Part shown: positions 50,136 to 61,479 of the stretch, one piece after another
How the letters are laid out: each line of letters starts with the position of its first letter
Position numbering within the stretch: position 1 is the first letter of the stretch
Assembly: GCA_963768425.1 (NCBI GenBank)
Contig: CAVYHV010000030.1
Span: forward strand, 81,902-145,901
DNA length: 64,000 nucleotides
Direction of reading: 5' to 3'
From: Candidatus Bathyarchaeota archaeon
GTDB lineage: Archaea > Thermoproteota > Bathyarchaeia > Bathyarchaeales > Bathycorpusculaceae
Notes under the pieces: generated by a model
The model's input: only the letters and a program-made list of their open reading frames with translations
What the model was told of the DNA's origin: nothing
Databases searched by the model: none
Program-made: the position numbers and the translations under genes

Positions 50136-50828
50136 ATGGTGGATTGGTGTTTGCTGATGGATAATGCGTATTTGCGTAAGCTGTCTGAGCCTACGTTGGA
50201 GAACCCGATTTTCGTTCAGGGGCTGCCTGGCTTCGGGAACGTCGGGAGGATTGCGGCTCATCTGCTTATAAAGTTCTGCAGCGCCAAACCTTTCGCTGAG
50301 CTGTATTCGCCGAGTTTTCCCGATTACGTCTCCATTTCCTCCAAGGGCATAGCGCATCTGCCCCGCTACGAGTTTTATTATGCGCCTCTTGAAAAGAACA
50401 ACTTGGTTATCATGACTGGTGAAATTCAGCCTTCATTTGATGATGTGGTTGCTCACTACGAGGTCTGCGAACAAGTGATTGATTTCGTGGCTTCTTTAGG
50501 CTGCCGTTTCATCATAACCATGGGTGGCATCCCGATTACTGAAGAGAAAGCCCAGGTTTACATCGCCGCAACTTCGCCAAGGTTGGCAAGGGAGTTTATG
50601 GAAAAAGGCGCGGTTATCTACAGTAAAGGCAGAATCGTCGGAGGCACAGGGCTTACTTTGGCGATGGCTAAAGAGCGGCAGCTTGAAGGGGTCAGTTTAC
50701 TTGGGACAACGACGGGGTTTAGGGCGGATCGCGAGGCTGGATTCCTTGTTTTCAAGTTTTTGATGAAGGCATTAGGAAAAGAGATAAAAGAAGGTTTAGT
50801 AGAAAACAATGCACCAGAAGAACAGTAA
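50136..50828 (+). CDS. PAC2 / proteasome assembly chaperone family protein
   Basis: GLPGFGNVGRIAA, ITMGG, GRIVGGTGL. Confidence 0.88.
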   Translation: MVDWCLLMDNAYLRKLSEPTLENPIFVQGLPGFGNVGRIAAHLLIKFCSAKPFAELYSPSFPDYVSISSKGIAHLPRYEFYYAPLEKNNLVIMTGEIQPSFDDVVAHYEVCEQVIDFVASLGCRFIITMGGIPITEEKAQVYIAATSPRLAREFMEKGAVIYSKGRIVGGTGLTLAMAKERQLEGVSLLGTTTGFRADREAGFLVFKFLMKALGKEIKEGLVENNAPEEQ

Positions 50829-50840
50829 GTTGGGTGTCGA

Positions 50841-51073
50841 ATGATGGAAAATGAAAACTTGAAGGTTACAGGTATATACAGTAAGTTCTGGAGAGTAACT
50901 TTAGTTATTTTTTCAATGCTTCTAATCTTTGTTGGTCCAACTTACATACCGCTCCTGTTGACTAAGGCTAAAAGTAGGTTACATCACTTCAATCAGGCAT
51001 CGGCTTTGTCCTCTTCATAGCGGGTTTAGGGTTAATGATGTTTCTCATCCGAAAGAAGCTGATAACAGTCTAA
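50841..51073 (+). CDS. small membrane protein, apparently frameshifted
   Basis: Hydrophobic fragments KFWRVTLVIFSMLLIFVGPTYI / IGFVLFIAGLGLMMFLIRKK. Confidence 0.45.
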
Positions 51074-51304
51074 GTTTGCCTCAGATACCCTAGGGTGCAT
51101 CATCAAATCAGCGGTTTAGATTCTTCATCGGCAAGCTTCTATAGACCGCACCTGTTTTATTTAGCTATTCATTGAGCTTTCAGAAGGAACAAGACTGATT
51201 TTCAATACTTTTCTTCAATACATAAGACATATTAAATATGCACATTGAAGTAGCCTGTATGCAGGAAAACCGTCGATCACCTTATCCTATGCCTAAACAG
51301 AAAA

Positions 51305-51847
51305 ATGAAGCAGCAAAGAGAACAACAATTATTCTTGAAAAGCAACGAACGGGAATTCATTGAATCATTAATTGCAGAAGGGAAAGAGTCAGGAATTAAA
51401 CCGCTCATCTCCAAAATGCTCGACATATACAAAAGCATGATGATTTACGACTGGCATTTCCCAGGTGAATACTACTGTGGAATAAGCCGCATGGCATTTG
51501 TAAACGTTGAATTATTCAACCTTTTAACCCAACAGATACCCAAGGACCAATGGCGTAACATGGGTCGACAAATGGGTGATGCGCTAAATGTTTCAATCGG
51601 GTCCACGCTAGGAGTTGACTCAAGTGAACAGGCAAATTGGGAAAAAGTCTTCGAAAGACTAAAAGCCCAAGGCTTCGGAGACTTCTACTTGAAAGACAAG
51701 TTCCTTCTTCTCAAAACTCCATTCATTAACGAATGCGAAATTTGGAAAGGCATATTGGAGGGCTTGCTATGCGTCGAGTTGGAAACAAGAAACTCGGTGC
51801 CGCCGCTAGTTTTTGTAATAAAGAAACATAAGCAGACTCAAGTTTAG
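51305..51847 (+). CDS. hypothetical protein
   Basis: 180-aa ORF with a plausible globular composition. Confidence 0.65.
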   Translation: MKQQREQQLFLKSNEREFIESLIAEGKESGIKPLISKMLDIYKSMMIYDWHFPGEYYCGISRMAFVNVELFNLLTQQIPKDQWRNMGRQMGDALNVSIGSTLGVDSSEQANWEKVFERLKAQGFGDFYLKDKFLLLKTPFINECEIWKGILEGLLCVELETRNSVPPLVFVIKKHKQTQV

Positions 51848-52098
51848 CCTACCTTGTCTTTTTGACAGGTTAAATATTAGGAAACGATTTATTAAGAAGA
51901 CACAGTATTCAGGTGTCTTTCAGTGGTATATGATGAGGGATTGCGTTCATACAAGGCGATTGCGTTCATTAGTAGCAATCCAAACTGCGTAACTTCCAAA
52001 ACCAAAAACTACTTGTTACTATGTGCCCTCGTTCAAAGTGCCATTTTGTCAAAACAAAAAACCCTTAGTGGTTTCTCTAAAAAATTAGGTGAAAAATT

Positions 52099-53097
52099 AT
52101 GGATAAAATAAAATTTGCCATTCCGAAAGGCTCCTTAGAAAAAGCTACAGCAGAATTCTTCTCTAAATCAGGCTTTAAAATCGGCGGAACAGAACGAACA
52201 TACCGCCCAAGCATAAACGACCCGCAAATAGAACTTAAGGTTCTCAGACCCCAAGAAATCCCCGTCTTTGTCAGCGAAGGCTTACAGGACCTAGGCATAA
52301 CAGGAGAAGATTGGGTAAAAGAAAACCGTGCAGATGTTGAAGTCCTGCTGAATTTGGAATACGGAAAAATCAGGCTTGTAATCGCTGTCCCAAAAACCTG
52401 TGAAAACGCCACAATGGGTGAATTCATGGAGTCCATATGGAGCCAAGGCAAAAACTTCCGAATTAGCACAGAATACCTTAACATAGCTTCGGAATATCTG
52501 AAAAGCACATCTCAATACAAGAAGCGTTTCGGCGACGCAGATCCTATGCTTGTAACGCCTTGGTGGAAAAAAGGCGACAACCCGAAAGCCAAAATCTTCC
52601 TGTCCTTTGGCGCTACCGAGGCGAAACCGCCGGAAAACTCCGATGCCATTATGGATGTAACGGAAACAGGCACAACTATTGAAGCGAACGGCTTAAAAAT
52701 CATAGACACTGTCCTGAGGTCTTCGGCAGTCCTTATTGCAAACAAGAAAGCGATGGAAGACCCGGAGAAACGAGAGAAAATCCACGACATATTAGCGTTG
52801 CTCAAGGGCGTCGTGGATGGTTCAAAGAGAATCCACATATTCGTTAACGTCAAAAAAGCAAACCTGCAAAAGCTGCTGACGGAGCTGCCGGCATTAAAGA
52901 ACCCAACTATCTCCCCATTGGCAGACGAGAATTGGGTCAGCGTAAACACCGTTATAGAGAAGGACTGCTTGATCGAGCTTTTGCCAAAAATCCGCAAACT
53001 AGCCCAAGGTTTAGTAGTTTATGAGCCGCGGCAGGTTCTGGCGTTAGACGAAATCGGCAAAAGAGAGGAGAACCCGTGCAAAAGCAAAGTCAAGTGA
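52099..53097 (+). CDS. hisG: ATP phosphoribosyltransferase (long form)
   Basis: AIPKGSL, RPQEIP, DLGITG, GATE, DVTETGTT, C-terminal regulatory domain. Confidence 0.95.
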   Translation: MDKIKFAIPKGSLEKATAEFFSKSGFKIGGTERTYRPSINDPQIELKVLRPQEIPVFVSEGLQDLGITGEDWVKENRADVEVLLNLEYGKIRLVIAVPKTCENATMGEFMESIWSQGKNFRISTEYLNIASEYLKSTSQYKKRFGDADPMLVTPWWKKGDNPKAKIFLSFGATEAKPPENSDAIMDVTETGTTIEANGLKIIDTVLRSSAVLIANKKAMEDPEKREKIHDILALLKGVVDGSKRIHIFVNVKKANLQKLLTELPALKNPTISPLADENWVSVNTVIEKDCLIELLPKIRKLAQGLVVYEPRQVLALDEIGKREENPCKSKVK

Positions 53098-54378
53098 AAA
53101 TCTGGAAATCAGAAGAGCTGCCGCAAGACTGGTTTAAACGGCAGAAAGCAGATGAAGAAGCAGTTCGAGAAGTTGAAAACAGCGTAAAAGAAATAATAAA
53201 ACAAGTTAAAGAAAACGGTAACGTTGCATTGGTAGAGTTTGCCCAAAAATTTGACAAAGCCGAATTGAGCCTGCGAACCCTTAAAGTCAAAACTGAAGAA
53301 ATCAAGGAAGCCTACAGTAGAACTAGCCTAGAACAACTCTCTTCTCTGAAATTCATGAAAGAAAGAGTGTATGCCTTCCAAAAGCAACTGCTCACTCAAA
53401 CCGAAATCAATACTTCGGGCGATGGTCATATGGGTTCAGACTGTTCTGCGTCCAATTGAAAGTGTAGGCTGCTATGTCCCAGGCGGGCAAGCCGCTTACC
53501 CGAGCACACTTATCATGACTGTGGTTCCAGCCAAAGTCGCGGGTGTCCCAAGAATTGTCGTTTGTTCACCATCAGATACAAAAGGCAGAGTTAACCCGCT
53601 TGTTCTTGTCGCCGCCGATATCTGCGGAGTCGATGAGGTTTACAAGGTTGGCGGAGCCCAAGCCATCGCCGCCTTAGCTTACGGAACAAAAACCATAAAG
53701 CCAGTGCGGAAAATTGTTGGTCCGGGCAGCAAATACGTGACAGCAGCGAAGGTTCTGGTTTCACCTGACGTCGCAATTGATATGCCTGCAGGCCCAAGTG
53801 AAGTGCTTATTTTGGCTGATGAGACGGCTGATGCACGGTTCATTGCTTTTGACATGGTTTCGCAGGCTGAACATGGAGGAGACAGCGTTGCAGGACTCAT
53901 AACTACCTCTGAAAAGGTTGCTTTGCGTGTTCAAGAAAACTTGGGGATTGTTGCCGCATCAGCAGAAAGACGCGAAAAAATCCAAGAGGCACTGGCCAAA
54001 TACGGCTTCATCATTGTCTGCAAAAACATGGAAGAGGGTATCAGCTTGGTTAATCAGTTTGCTCCTGAACACTTGGAAGTCATGACTGTAAAGCCCAAGG
54101 ACATTGCAGAGAAACTTACCGCTGGACTCATACTCTTGGGTCCCTACAGCCCCGTTGCCCTCAGCGATTACGGGAGCGGAACCAATCATGTTCTGCCAAC
54201 AGACGGCTTCGCCAAGTCTTTTTCAGGCTTATCCGTTTTTGATTTTATGCGGAGAGTTAGCATAGTTGAAAGTTCAAGGACAGGTCTGGAAAGAGTAAAA
54301 GACAGCGTCAAGGTTATGGCTGAAGCCGAAAACCTTCCGAATCACTACAAAGCGATAGAAGCAAGGTTCGAAAAATGA
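53076..54378 (+). CDS. hisD: histidinol dehydrogenase, frameshift near 53420
   Basis: GCYVPGG, GGAQA, GPG, DMPAGPSE, SQAEH, APEHL, GTNHVLPT. Confidence 0.93.
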
Positions 54379-55493
54379 GCGCCTCATACAGAAAATGGTT
54401 AAGAGACAAAATAGCAAAGCTCCAAACGATAGACTGCTATTCAGCGGGAGCCACGCCTGAAATGGTAGCGAAGCAAATAGGCGTCAAACCCGAGGCGATA
54501 GTGAAGCTGAACTTTAACGAAAACCTCTTCATGGACAAATCAAAGCAGGCGAAACTCCTCAAGGAGCTGGCTGACGAGTTTGATTTGCGATTATACCCTG
54601 AGGATGAAGTTCCCAAATTCCTTTCAAAACTTTCTGGTTACATAGGCGTCCCAGAAGATTGCCTTTTAGTGGGGAATGGAAGCGATGAACTAATTGATCG
54701 CTTAATGCGGCTTTTCTTGGGAAAAGGGGAAGTTGCACTTTCTTTCTCGCCTACCTTCAGCATCCCACGGTTATGCGTAAAGAGGCAAGAAGCTGACTAC
54801 GTTGCAATCCCGCTTCAAAACGACCTGCAGCTCGATGTAAAAGGCATGCTCGCCAGCTTTTCAGACAAAACAAGGATGCTGTACCTTTGCTCGCCAAATA
54901 ATCCAACGTCAACCCAATTTAAAATGGAAGACGTTGAAACCTTAATCCAAGCCTTCCCCGGACTCGTCATTTTAGACGAGGCTTACGGGGAATTCGCTCC
55001 CTACTCGTTCGTACCTAGAATCAAAGATTTCGGGAACCTGATTGTTCTGCGGACATTCTCCAAAGCCTTTGGACTCGCTGCCCTACGGCTCGGCTACGCA
55101 GTTGCAAACCCTGAGTTAGCGAAGGTTCTTACAGAAAAGTCTCCGTTGCCTTACCCAGTCAGCGGTTTCACGTTGCGGATGGGTGGCAAAATGCTTGACA
55201 ACGTGGATTTAATGAAAACCTCTGTAAAAGCGCTGATTAGAGAACGGGGAAAACTGATAAAGTCGCTAAACGAAATAGTAGGAGTGAAGGCGTTCGATTC
55301 GCAAGCAGACTTTCTTCTGGTCAATACCCAGATGGATGCTGAGGAAATTAATCAGAAGCTGCTGAAGCGGGGCATTATGCTCAAGAAATGGGGCAAAATC
55401 CTCCAGTACGAGAACTGTTTCCGGGTCACGGTGGGGTTGCCGGAAATGAATGCTAAGTTGGTTGCAGCTCTAAAGGAGATTCAAGGTGATTAG
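54375..55493 (+). CDS. hisC: histidinol-phosphate aminotransferase
   Basis: KLNFNEN, GNGSDE, PNNPT, DEAY, RTFSKAFGLAALRLGY. Confidence 0.95.
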   Translation: MSASYRKWLRDKIAKLQTIDCYSAGATPEMVAKQIGVKPEAIVKLNFNENLFMDKSKQAKLLKELADEFDLRLYPEDEVPKFLSKLSGYIGVPEDCLLVGNGSDELIDRLMRLFLGKGEVALSFSPTFSIPRLCVKRQEADYVAIPLQNDLQLDVKGMLASFSDKTRMLYLCSPNNPTSTQFKMEDVETLIQAFPGLVILDEAYGEFAPYSFVPRIKDFGNLIVLRTFSKAFGLAALRLGYAVANPELAKVLTEKSPLPYPVSGFTLRMGGKMLDNVDLMKTSVKALIRERGKLIKSLNEIVGVKAFDSQADFLLVNTQMDAEEINQKLLKRGIMLKKWGKILQYENCFRVTVGLPEMNAKLVAALKEIQGD

Positions 55494-55495
55494 AG

Positions 55496-56071
55496 ATGAG
55501 GACTGAAGAAGTATATCGTAAAACCAAAGAGACCGAAGTTCAAGTGAAAGTAAACCTTGACGGGGAAGGCAAAGCAAACATAGGCACAGGCGTGCCTTTT
55601 CTTGACCACATGTTGACTTCTCTTGCCACCCACAGCCTAATCGACATAACCGCCTCTGTCAAAGGCGATTTGGTACACCACTGCGTCGAAGACTTAGCCA
55701 TAAGTCTCGGCGAAGCCCTAAACAAAGCGCTGGGCACAAGGGAGGGCATCGCAAGGTTCGGGAACTCGGCGGCGCCGATGGATTGCTCCCTAGCGTTTGC
55801 AGCCGTGGATCTCGTTAAGCGACCTTACTTCAAGATTGACCTAAAACTAAGAGGCAAGAAAGTTGAGGACATGCCAACCGAAGACATAGTTCACTTCTTC
55901 GAATCCTTCGCGACCTCGCTCGTGTCAAACGTCCACGTCTTCGTCGAATACGGCAGCAACGACCACCACAAAGCCGAAGCTGCAGTTAAAGCCCTCGCCC
56001 TGTCACTTCGACAGGCAGCAACGTTAGACCCCAGACGCAAAGGCATTCCAAGCTCAAAAGGAGTCATCTAA
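55496..56071 (+). CDS. hisB: imidazoleglycerol-phosphate dehydratase
   Basis: FLDHML, HHCVED, NDHHKAE, PSSKG. Confidence 0.96.
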   Translation: MRTEEVYRKTKETEVQVKVNLDGEGKANIGTGVPFLDHMLTSLATHSLIDITASVKGDLVHHCVEDLAISLGEALNKALGTREGIARFGNSAAPMDCSLAFAAVDLVKRPYFKIDLKLRGKKVEDMPTEDIVHFFESFATSLVSNVHVFVEYGSNDHHKAEAAVKALALSLRQAATLDPRRKGIPSSKGVI

Positions 56072-56073
56072 AC

Positions 56074-56679
56074 GTGCCCAAAGCAGTAATCTTCGACTAC
56101 GGAGTCGGCAACCTGCTTAGCCTAAAGACCGCGCTGGAAAAAGCAGGATTAGAAACGGCAATCGGCACTTCAGCTAAAGATTTAGCAGACTCAGATGCCA
56201 TCGCTTTGCCAGGCGTAGGAGCATTCACGCCAGCAGCGAAAAAACTATGTGCAGTCAAAGAGACGTTAAAGTCTAAGGTGGATGGCGGGACGCCTCTGAT
56301 TGGCATCTGCCTTGGTCTGCAGCTTTTCTTTGAAGAAAGCGAGGAAGGACCAGGAAAAGGCTTAGCGCTCTTCAAGGGCAAAACGGTCCAGTTGCCCAAG
56401 ACAGTTAAAGTACCGCACATGGGCTGGAACACGCTCAACATCGTCAGTCAAAACGAACTTTTCGACGGCGTCGCTGAGGGCTCATACGTTTACTTCGTGC
56501 ACTCCCTCTACCCAGTGCCTGCAGACAAAAGCATAGTTGTGACACAAACTGAGTACGGCACCACATTCACTTCAGCGGTAGCGTGCAAAAACATCTATGG
56601 CACTCAGTTCCACCCGGAGAAGTCAGGTGACCTGGGATTGAAAATCCTCAAAAACTTCGCTAAAGCAGTGGTAAGGTGA
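56074..56679 (+). CDS. hisH: IGP synthase glutaminase subunit
   Basis: PGVG, GICLG, PHMGWN, YFVHS, QFHPEKS. Confidence 0.96.
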   Translation: MPKAVIFDYGVGNLLSLKTALEKAGLETAIGTSAKDLADSDAIALPGVGAFTPAAKKLCAVKETLKSKVDGGTPLIGICLGLQLFFEESEEGPGKGLALFKGKTVQLPKTVKVPHMGWNTLNIVSQNELFDGVAEGSYVYFVHSLYPVPADKSIVVTQTEYGTTFTSAVACKNIYGTQFHPEKSGDLGLKILKNFAKAVVR

Positions 56680-56685
56680 GCAATT

Positions 56686-57411
56686 TTGCAGTTGATTCCA
56701 GCAATAGATTTAATGAATGGTAAAATAGTTCGGCTTACTCGTGGAGAAGCAAAAACAGCCAAGTTCTATGATACACAATTCGGCACGCCAGTTGAAGCGG
56801 CGACGCGTTGGACCGATGAAGGCGCTGGGAAATTGCATATTATCGATTTGGATGCCGCTTTCGGACTCGGCAATAACCGCGAAGTCATAGCTGAGATTGC
56901 CAAGAACGTCAAGTTGCCCATTCAGGTAGGCGGCGGAATACGCAGCTGCGAAACAGCGGAAACACTTTTTCAAACGGGCATAACTCAAGTCATCCTCGGC
57001 GCCTTAGCCTTCAGTGACCCTTCAGCAATCAGCAAGATTCGAAAACGATTCGGCGTCGACTCAGTCATCGTTGCCCTGGATAACAAAGATGGGCAAATCA
57101 TGGTTGAGGGTTGGAAAACGGCGACCGCCATGACTGTAGACGAAGCACTTGAAAAATACACCACTATGAGTGTACGGAATTTTCTTATAACTTCCATCGC
57201 GCAAGATGGCATGCTTAATGGTCCTGACTTGCTAACGCTCAGCCAAGCCGCTCAGTACCCTAACGCCAAAATCACTGCGGCAGGCGGAATCGGCAGCATA
57301 GGCGATTTAGCTGCTCTCAAAGACATCGGAGTGGAGGGCGCAGTCATCGGAAAAGCCCTTTATGAAGGCAGATTCACTCTAAAGGAAGCCATAAGCAAAA
57401 TAGGAGCCTAA
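56686..57411 (+). CDS. hisA: ProFAR isomerase
   Basis: IPAIDL, HIIDLD, QVGGGIR, GKALY. Confidence 0.95.
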   Translation: MQLIPAIDLMNGKIVRLTRGEAKTAKFYDTQFGTPVEAATRWTDEGAGKLHIIDLDAAFGLGNNREVIAEIAKNVKLPIQVGGGIRSCETAETLFQTGITQVILGALAFSDPSAISKIRKRFGVDSVIVALDNKDGQIMVEGWKTATAMTVDEALEKYTTMSVRNFLITSIAQDGMLNGPDLLTLSQAAQYPNAKITAAGGIGSIGDLAALKDIGVEGAVIGKALYEGRFTLKEAISKIGA

Positions 57412-57413
57412 AA

Positions 57414-58223
57414 ATGCCGTTAGCAAAACGAATCATCCCCTGCCTCGATGTTGACCACGGAAAAGTAGTGAAATGCATAAACTTCCTCAACCCGAAATGC
57501 GCAGGCGATCCCGTTGAAATGGCTAAACGCTACTCAGACGACGGCGCTGACGAACTCGTCTTCCTCGACATCACTGCATCATCCGAAGAACGCGATATTT
57601 TGCGTGGAGTCGTTGAGGGCGTCGCGAAGGCCATCAGCATCCCGTTCACCGTAGGCGGAGGGATACGCAACATCTTTGACGCAAGGCTGGTTTTGTGCAG
57701 CGGCGCCGACAAAGTCTCAATTAACACCGCAGCCGTTGAAAACCCAACGCTAATTTCCGATTTGGCTGACGTATTCGGTAGGCAATGCGTAGTCACTGCC
57801 ATCGACGCAAGAAGGAACTGCACACGCGCACCCGGTGACAACAAAATCTTGGTTGACACAGCTGAAGGGAAAGTATGGTTCGAGGTGGTTACTTACGGCG
57901 GCAGAAAGCCCACAGGAATCGATGCTATAGAGTGGGCCCTGAAGGCGGAGCGGCTTGGAGCAGGCGAGTTCCTTGTGACTTCAATGGATAAAGACGGCAC
58001 AAAAGACGGCTACGACATCGAGTTAACCCGCGCAATCTCGGAGCGCGTGAACGTTCCAATCATTGCAAGCGGCGGCGCCGGAACGCCTCAACACCTTTTT
58101 GAAGTTCTCACGCAGGGCAAAGCTGACGCCGCGTTGGCCGCCTCAATTTTCCACTACAACCAATACCCAGTCCCAGTTGTGAAAGATTACCTTCGTAAGA
58201 TGGGGGTGACCATTAGAACATGA
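57414..58223 (+). CDS. hisF: IGP synthase cyclase subunit
   Basis: [37 protein letters not shown]. Confidence 0.96.
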   Translation: MPLAKRIIPCLDVDHGKVVKCINFLNPKCAGDPVEMAKRYSDDGADELVFLDITASSEERDILRGVVEGVAKAISIPFTVGGGIRNIFDARLVLCSGADKVSINTAAVENPTLISDLADVFGRQCVVTAIDARRNCTRAPGDNKILVDTAEGKVWFEVVTYGGRKPTGIDAIEWALKAERLGAGEFLVTSMDKDGTKDGYDIELTRAISERVNVPIIASGGAGTPQHLFEVLTQGKADAALAASIFHYNQYPVPVVKDYLRKMGVTIRT

Positions 58224-58555
58224 CAACAAATTCCGAGATGATTGACAAGTTGGATTTCAAGAAAGGCAACGGACTCATCCCAGTGGTTGTACAAGACGCA
58301 AAAACTAAAGAAACATTAATGCTAGCTTACGCAAACAAAGAAGCCGTAGAATTAACTTTGAAGACAAAAAAAGCCACCTATTGGAGCAGGTCTCGAAGTG
58401 AACTTTGGGTTAAAGGCGAAACCTCAGGAAACACCCAAAAAATCATTTCAGTAACAACCGACTGCGACTACGACGCCTTACTGTACGTTGTAGAGCAGAA
58501 AGGGGTTGTATGCCACACTGGAGCACCGACCTGCTTCTTCAACAAAATGCTATAA
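58220..58555 (+). CDS. hisI: phosphoribosyl-AMP cyclohydrolase
   Basis: SRSR..LW.KGETSG, DCDYD, CHTG..TCF. Confidence 0.95.
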   Translation: MTTNSEMIDKLDFKKGNGLIPVVVQDAKTKETLMLAYANKEAVELTLKTKKATYWSRSRSELWVKGETSGNTQKIISVTTDCDYDALLYVVEQKGVVCHTGAPTCFFNKML

Positions 58556-58579
58556 AACTGGAAATATGCATTTTTCATG

Positions 58580-58924
58580 CTATTTCAGTTTTAACCCAAG
58601 AATCTTAAGCCTTTGAAAATGGGCATCATTGGTCTCAAGAATTAAGTCGTGTCCTATGGCTGTCGCGGCAATCAAAAGGTCTGCGTCAGGTAGCATTTTA
58701 TCTTCTTCCTTTAATCGGCGATAAATTTTGCAATAAGCTTCAATTGTGCTGTTATCAAAGTTTAGAACTGAAAAACTTTGTTCCAGCAGATGCTTAACCT
58801 GAAGCCTTTTTTTATCTTCAACTCCTCTCAATACTTCTAGAAGAGTTATTGGAGAAATAATTGCTGGAAAATAATTGTTAGTTTCCACAATGTCGATAAC
58901 TACGCCGGTATCCAATAGGTTCAT
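58580..58924 (-). CDS. vapC: VapC/PIN-domain toxin
   Basis: LLDT, E, DLLIAATA, TND.HF. Confidence 0.9.
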   Translation of the reverse strand: MNLLDTGVVIDIVETNNYFPAIISPITLLEVLRGVEDKKRLQVKHLLEQSFSVLNFDNSTIEAYCKIYRRLKEEDKMLPDADLLIAATAIGHDLILETNDAHFQRLKILGLKLK

Positions 58925-59148
58925 CTGAGTTTAAAATTCTCCCTAAATTCCTTGCTAGATTCACGCATAGCTTTTAGGTCCTCTTTCGACAAGAGTTGTC
59001 TAAGTTCTTCGAAAGCCTTCTTTCCTTTCAGCCGCTGTCCTTCAGTGCACATTTCGAGCAAAAATTCACCCCACTCCAGGTCACCCTTTGCTTTTTCTAA
59101 ACGCGATTTTATCTCGACCGGAACTGAAATTGTCGTGTATTTGCTCAA
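58921..59148 (-). CDS. VapB-like antitoxin
   Basis: YTTISV N-terminal strand; overlaps the vapC start (ATGA). Confidence 0.8.
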   Translation of the reverse strand: MSKYTTISVPVEIKSRLEKAKGDLEWGEFLLEMCTEGQRLKGKKAFEELRQLLSKEDLKAMRESSKEFRENFKLR

Positions 59149-59339
59149 TTATCTCACTACGTAACTATATAACTACATAACTATCAACATGAATGGATAT
59201 CGCTAATCGATATGCGATGCTACCAGCCCTTTAGTTAATGCTTTTAAACAAAAGAGCACTTCTAGTATTTCGGAGTCAGTAGAAATATGTCACTCCATGA
59301 AGCCATGCTTTATGAGAAGGAAGATGAAAACAAAGTAAT

Positions 59340-59825
59340 GGCATCGATGGGCAGACCACGCCCGAGATGTTGCTGCGTTTCCGCCAGGATGTGATTGATC
59401 TGCACCCCAAAGTGGTCGTCATGCTGGCGGGGACCAACGACATCGCCGGCGTCACCGGGCGCACGTCTAACGAGGACATCGAGGCCAACTACGCTTCGAT
59501 GGCCGAACTGGCGCGCGGCTACCGCATCCGGATGGTGTTTGCGTCCGTCCTCCCCGTGCACAACTACACGCACGATGCTGAGGAGTCTTTTGCGCTGCGT
59601 CCGCGCGATAGAATCTTGGCGCTGAACCAGTGGCTTAAAGACTACTGCGCCAAAAACCGCCTCGTGTATCTCGACTACTTCAGCGCCCTAGTAGATGAGC
59701 GAGGCATGCTGAAGCGCGCTCTGGCTGACGACGGGCTGCACCCGACTGATGCCGGGTATAAGATCATGGCGCCCCTGGCGGAGAAGGCGATTCAGAAGGC
59801 GCTAGTGGAAAACAGAGCCCGGTAA
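59340..59825 (+). CDS. SGNH/GDSL hydrolase, 5'-truncated (bacterial)
   Basis: GIDGQTT (block II), AGTND (III), DGLHP (V); block I GDS is missing because the sequence changes at ~59340. Confidence 0.85.
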   Translation, partial: GIDGQTTPEMLLRFRQDVIDLHPKVVVMLAGTNDIAGVTGRTSNEDIEANYASMAELARGYRIRMVFASVLPVHNYTHDAEESFALRPRDRILALNQWLKDYCAKNRLVYLDYFSALVDERGMLKRALADDGLHPTDAGYKIMAPLAEKAIQKALVENRAR

Positions 59826-59968
59826 GCGACATGCTGCTATCTCGGGTGGTCCCAAGAGAAGAGTCGAGCGGCAATCGCCAAAGGCTAAGGCACGTCACCA
59901 AACACAGACCACCCTGCACTCTCTTGCTGCTCTTGCATTCCGCTGATCAATCCTGCATAAGTCCTAGT

Positions 59969-60039
59969 GCTGTATCTGGAGCGCCCCCGAGCGAAGAGCT
60001 GGGAGTTGGATCGCTGTGTAGGGGCGCTTCAGATACAGC
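59969..60039. other. 19-bp inverted repeat downstream of the IS91-type transposase
   Basis: GCTGTATCTGGAGCGCCCC ... GGGGCGCTTCAGATACAGC (18/19 complementary). Confidence 0.7.
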
Positions 60040-60288
60040 GACTTGAAGGAAGCCGCCCCGGGGGACTATGGGATTTGTATCTGGATGAGCCGGTCGTTGA
60101 TTGTTTGCGAGATGGCGCGTTGCTGTCGGTGCGCTTCGGTTTCAGTTGCTGGTGGCAGAGAGAATGGTCGTGGGGCGGCACATCGGAGAGTCTGGAGCGC
60201 ACCACCATACAGCATTCTGAGGAGTGGGAGACACAGAACCAGTGTGCGCGCCGAAGCACGAGCGAGATTCGAGGCTGGAGATGTGGAT

Positions 60289-61479
60289 TCATGCGGCGCA
60301 CCGGCTGAGATGAGGCGGAGATCGGAGGAGAAGTTGCGCGGCGGAGAGGCGCTCGACAACCTGCATGGTTCCGCCGCAGAGCGGACAGTTCCATAGTGAG
60401 TGAGCGGGGAGCGTGGTCAGCGAAGCGGCGCATGCTGCCGGCTGATCGGATGGCTGGAGCAACCGCAAACAAAGCGGAAGGAGTTCTGCTCGCCTCCGGT
60501 TGGCGAGGAAGCCGAAGTTGCGGATGCGCATAAAACCGCGCGGCAGCAGGTGCAGCAGGAAGCGGCGCAGGAACTCATCGACAGGCAGAGTCATGAGCCG
60601 CTTCTTGTTGCCGTGAGCGGAGTCGCGCCAGCGGAAGGTGACGTTGCCCTCGGAGAGAGCAACCAGCCTGCTGTTGGAAATGGCGACGCGATGGGTGTAG
60701 GCGCCGAGATAGCGCAGCACATGTTCCGGCCCGCCGAAAGGCCGCTTGGAGTAGACGACCCAGTCGTGACGGAACAGTACCCGCAGCCACGAGGCGAAGG
60801 CGCGCGGTTCCGCAAGCGGTAAGAGATGTCCGTGGAACTGGAGTGCGCCGGCATGAAAGGCGGTCTTGAGTCCGGCGACAAACTTGCCGCGGAAGACACG
60901 GCTGAGCACTTTGACGGGAAGGAAGAAGGAGCGGCGCGAGGAGATCCAGCGGGAGTGGTCCGGAGCGAGACCGCCGGCGGCCAGCACGCAGTGGACATGG
61001 GGATGATGCTGCAGTCGCTGGTCCCAGGTATGGAGCACGCTGAAGAAACCGATCTCGGCTCCGAGGTGGCGTGGATCGCGAGCGATCTCCAGCAGAGTTG
61101 CAGCGCTGGCGTGAAACAGCAGGTTGTAGATCAGCCGTTTATTCTGCAATGCCAGCGGAGCCAGTTCCCGCGGCAGGGTGAAGACGACGTGCACGTAGCG
61201 GGTGGGCAGCAACTCCCGTTCCCGCGCCTGGAGCCAGCGCAGGCGCGCGTTGCCCTGACACTTGGGGCAGTGCCGGTTTCTGCACGAGTTGTACGAGATG
61301 GCAGAATGTCCGCAGTCCGAGCACTGATCGCGATGTCCACCCAGCGCGGCGGTGCGGCAGCGCGTGATGGCCAGCAACACCTTTTGGTGTTGCCAGTTGA
61401 TCCACTTGCGACTGCGCTCAACGAAGGACTGTCCTGCACAGCGAACGATGTCGGCCACCTCCAGAGGAGGCCGGTTCAT
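60289..61479 (-). CDS. IS91-family (HUH/Y2) transposase
   Basis: CRT..LGG, SCRNRHCPKCQ zinc domain, HPHVH HUH motif, YLGAY. Confidence 0.95.
   Translation of the reverse strand: MNRPPLEVADIVRCAGQSFVERSRKWINWQHQKVLLAITRCRTAALGGHRDQCSDCGHSAISYNSCRNRHCPKCQGNARLRWLQARERELLPTRYVHVVFTLPRELAPLALQNKRLIYNLLFHASAATLLEIARDPRHLGAEIGFFSVLHTWDQRLQHHPHVHCVLAAGGLAPDHSRWISSRRSFFLPVKVLSRVFRGKFVAGLKTAFHAGALQFHGHLLPLAEPRAFASWLRVLFRHDWVVYSKRPFGGPEHVLRYLGAYTHRVAISNSRLVALSEGNVTFRWRDSAHGNKKRLMTLPVDEFLRRFLLHLLPRGFMRIRNFGFLANRRRAELLPLCLRLLQPSDQPAACAASLTTLPAHSLWNCPLCGGTMQVVERLSAAQLLLRSPPHLSRCAA

Noticed and set aside
49989-50357. 122-aa minus-strand ORF
   Set aside because: It overlaps tRNA-iMet and is antisense to the PAC2 gene; shadow ORF.
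8137-54378. Programmed frameshifting or mass pseudogenisation (PMT, nfnA, hisD, pyruvate oxidase, methyltransferase, NERD)
   Set aside because: Scattered single indels in otherwise intact genes, with no shared slippery motif, are best explained by sequencing error.
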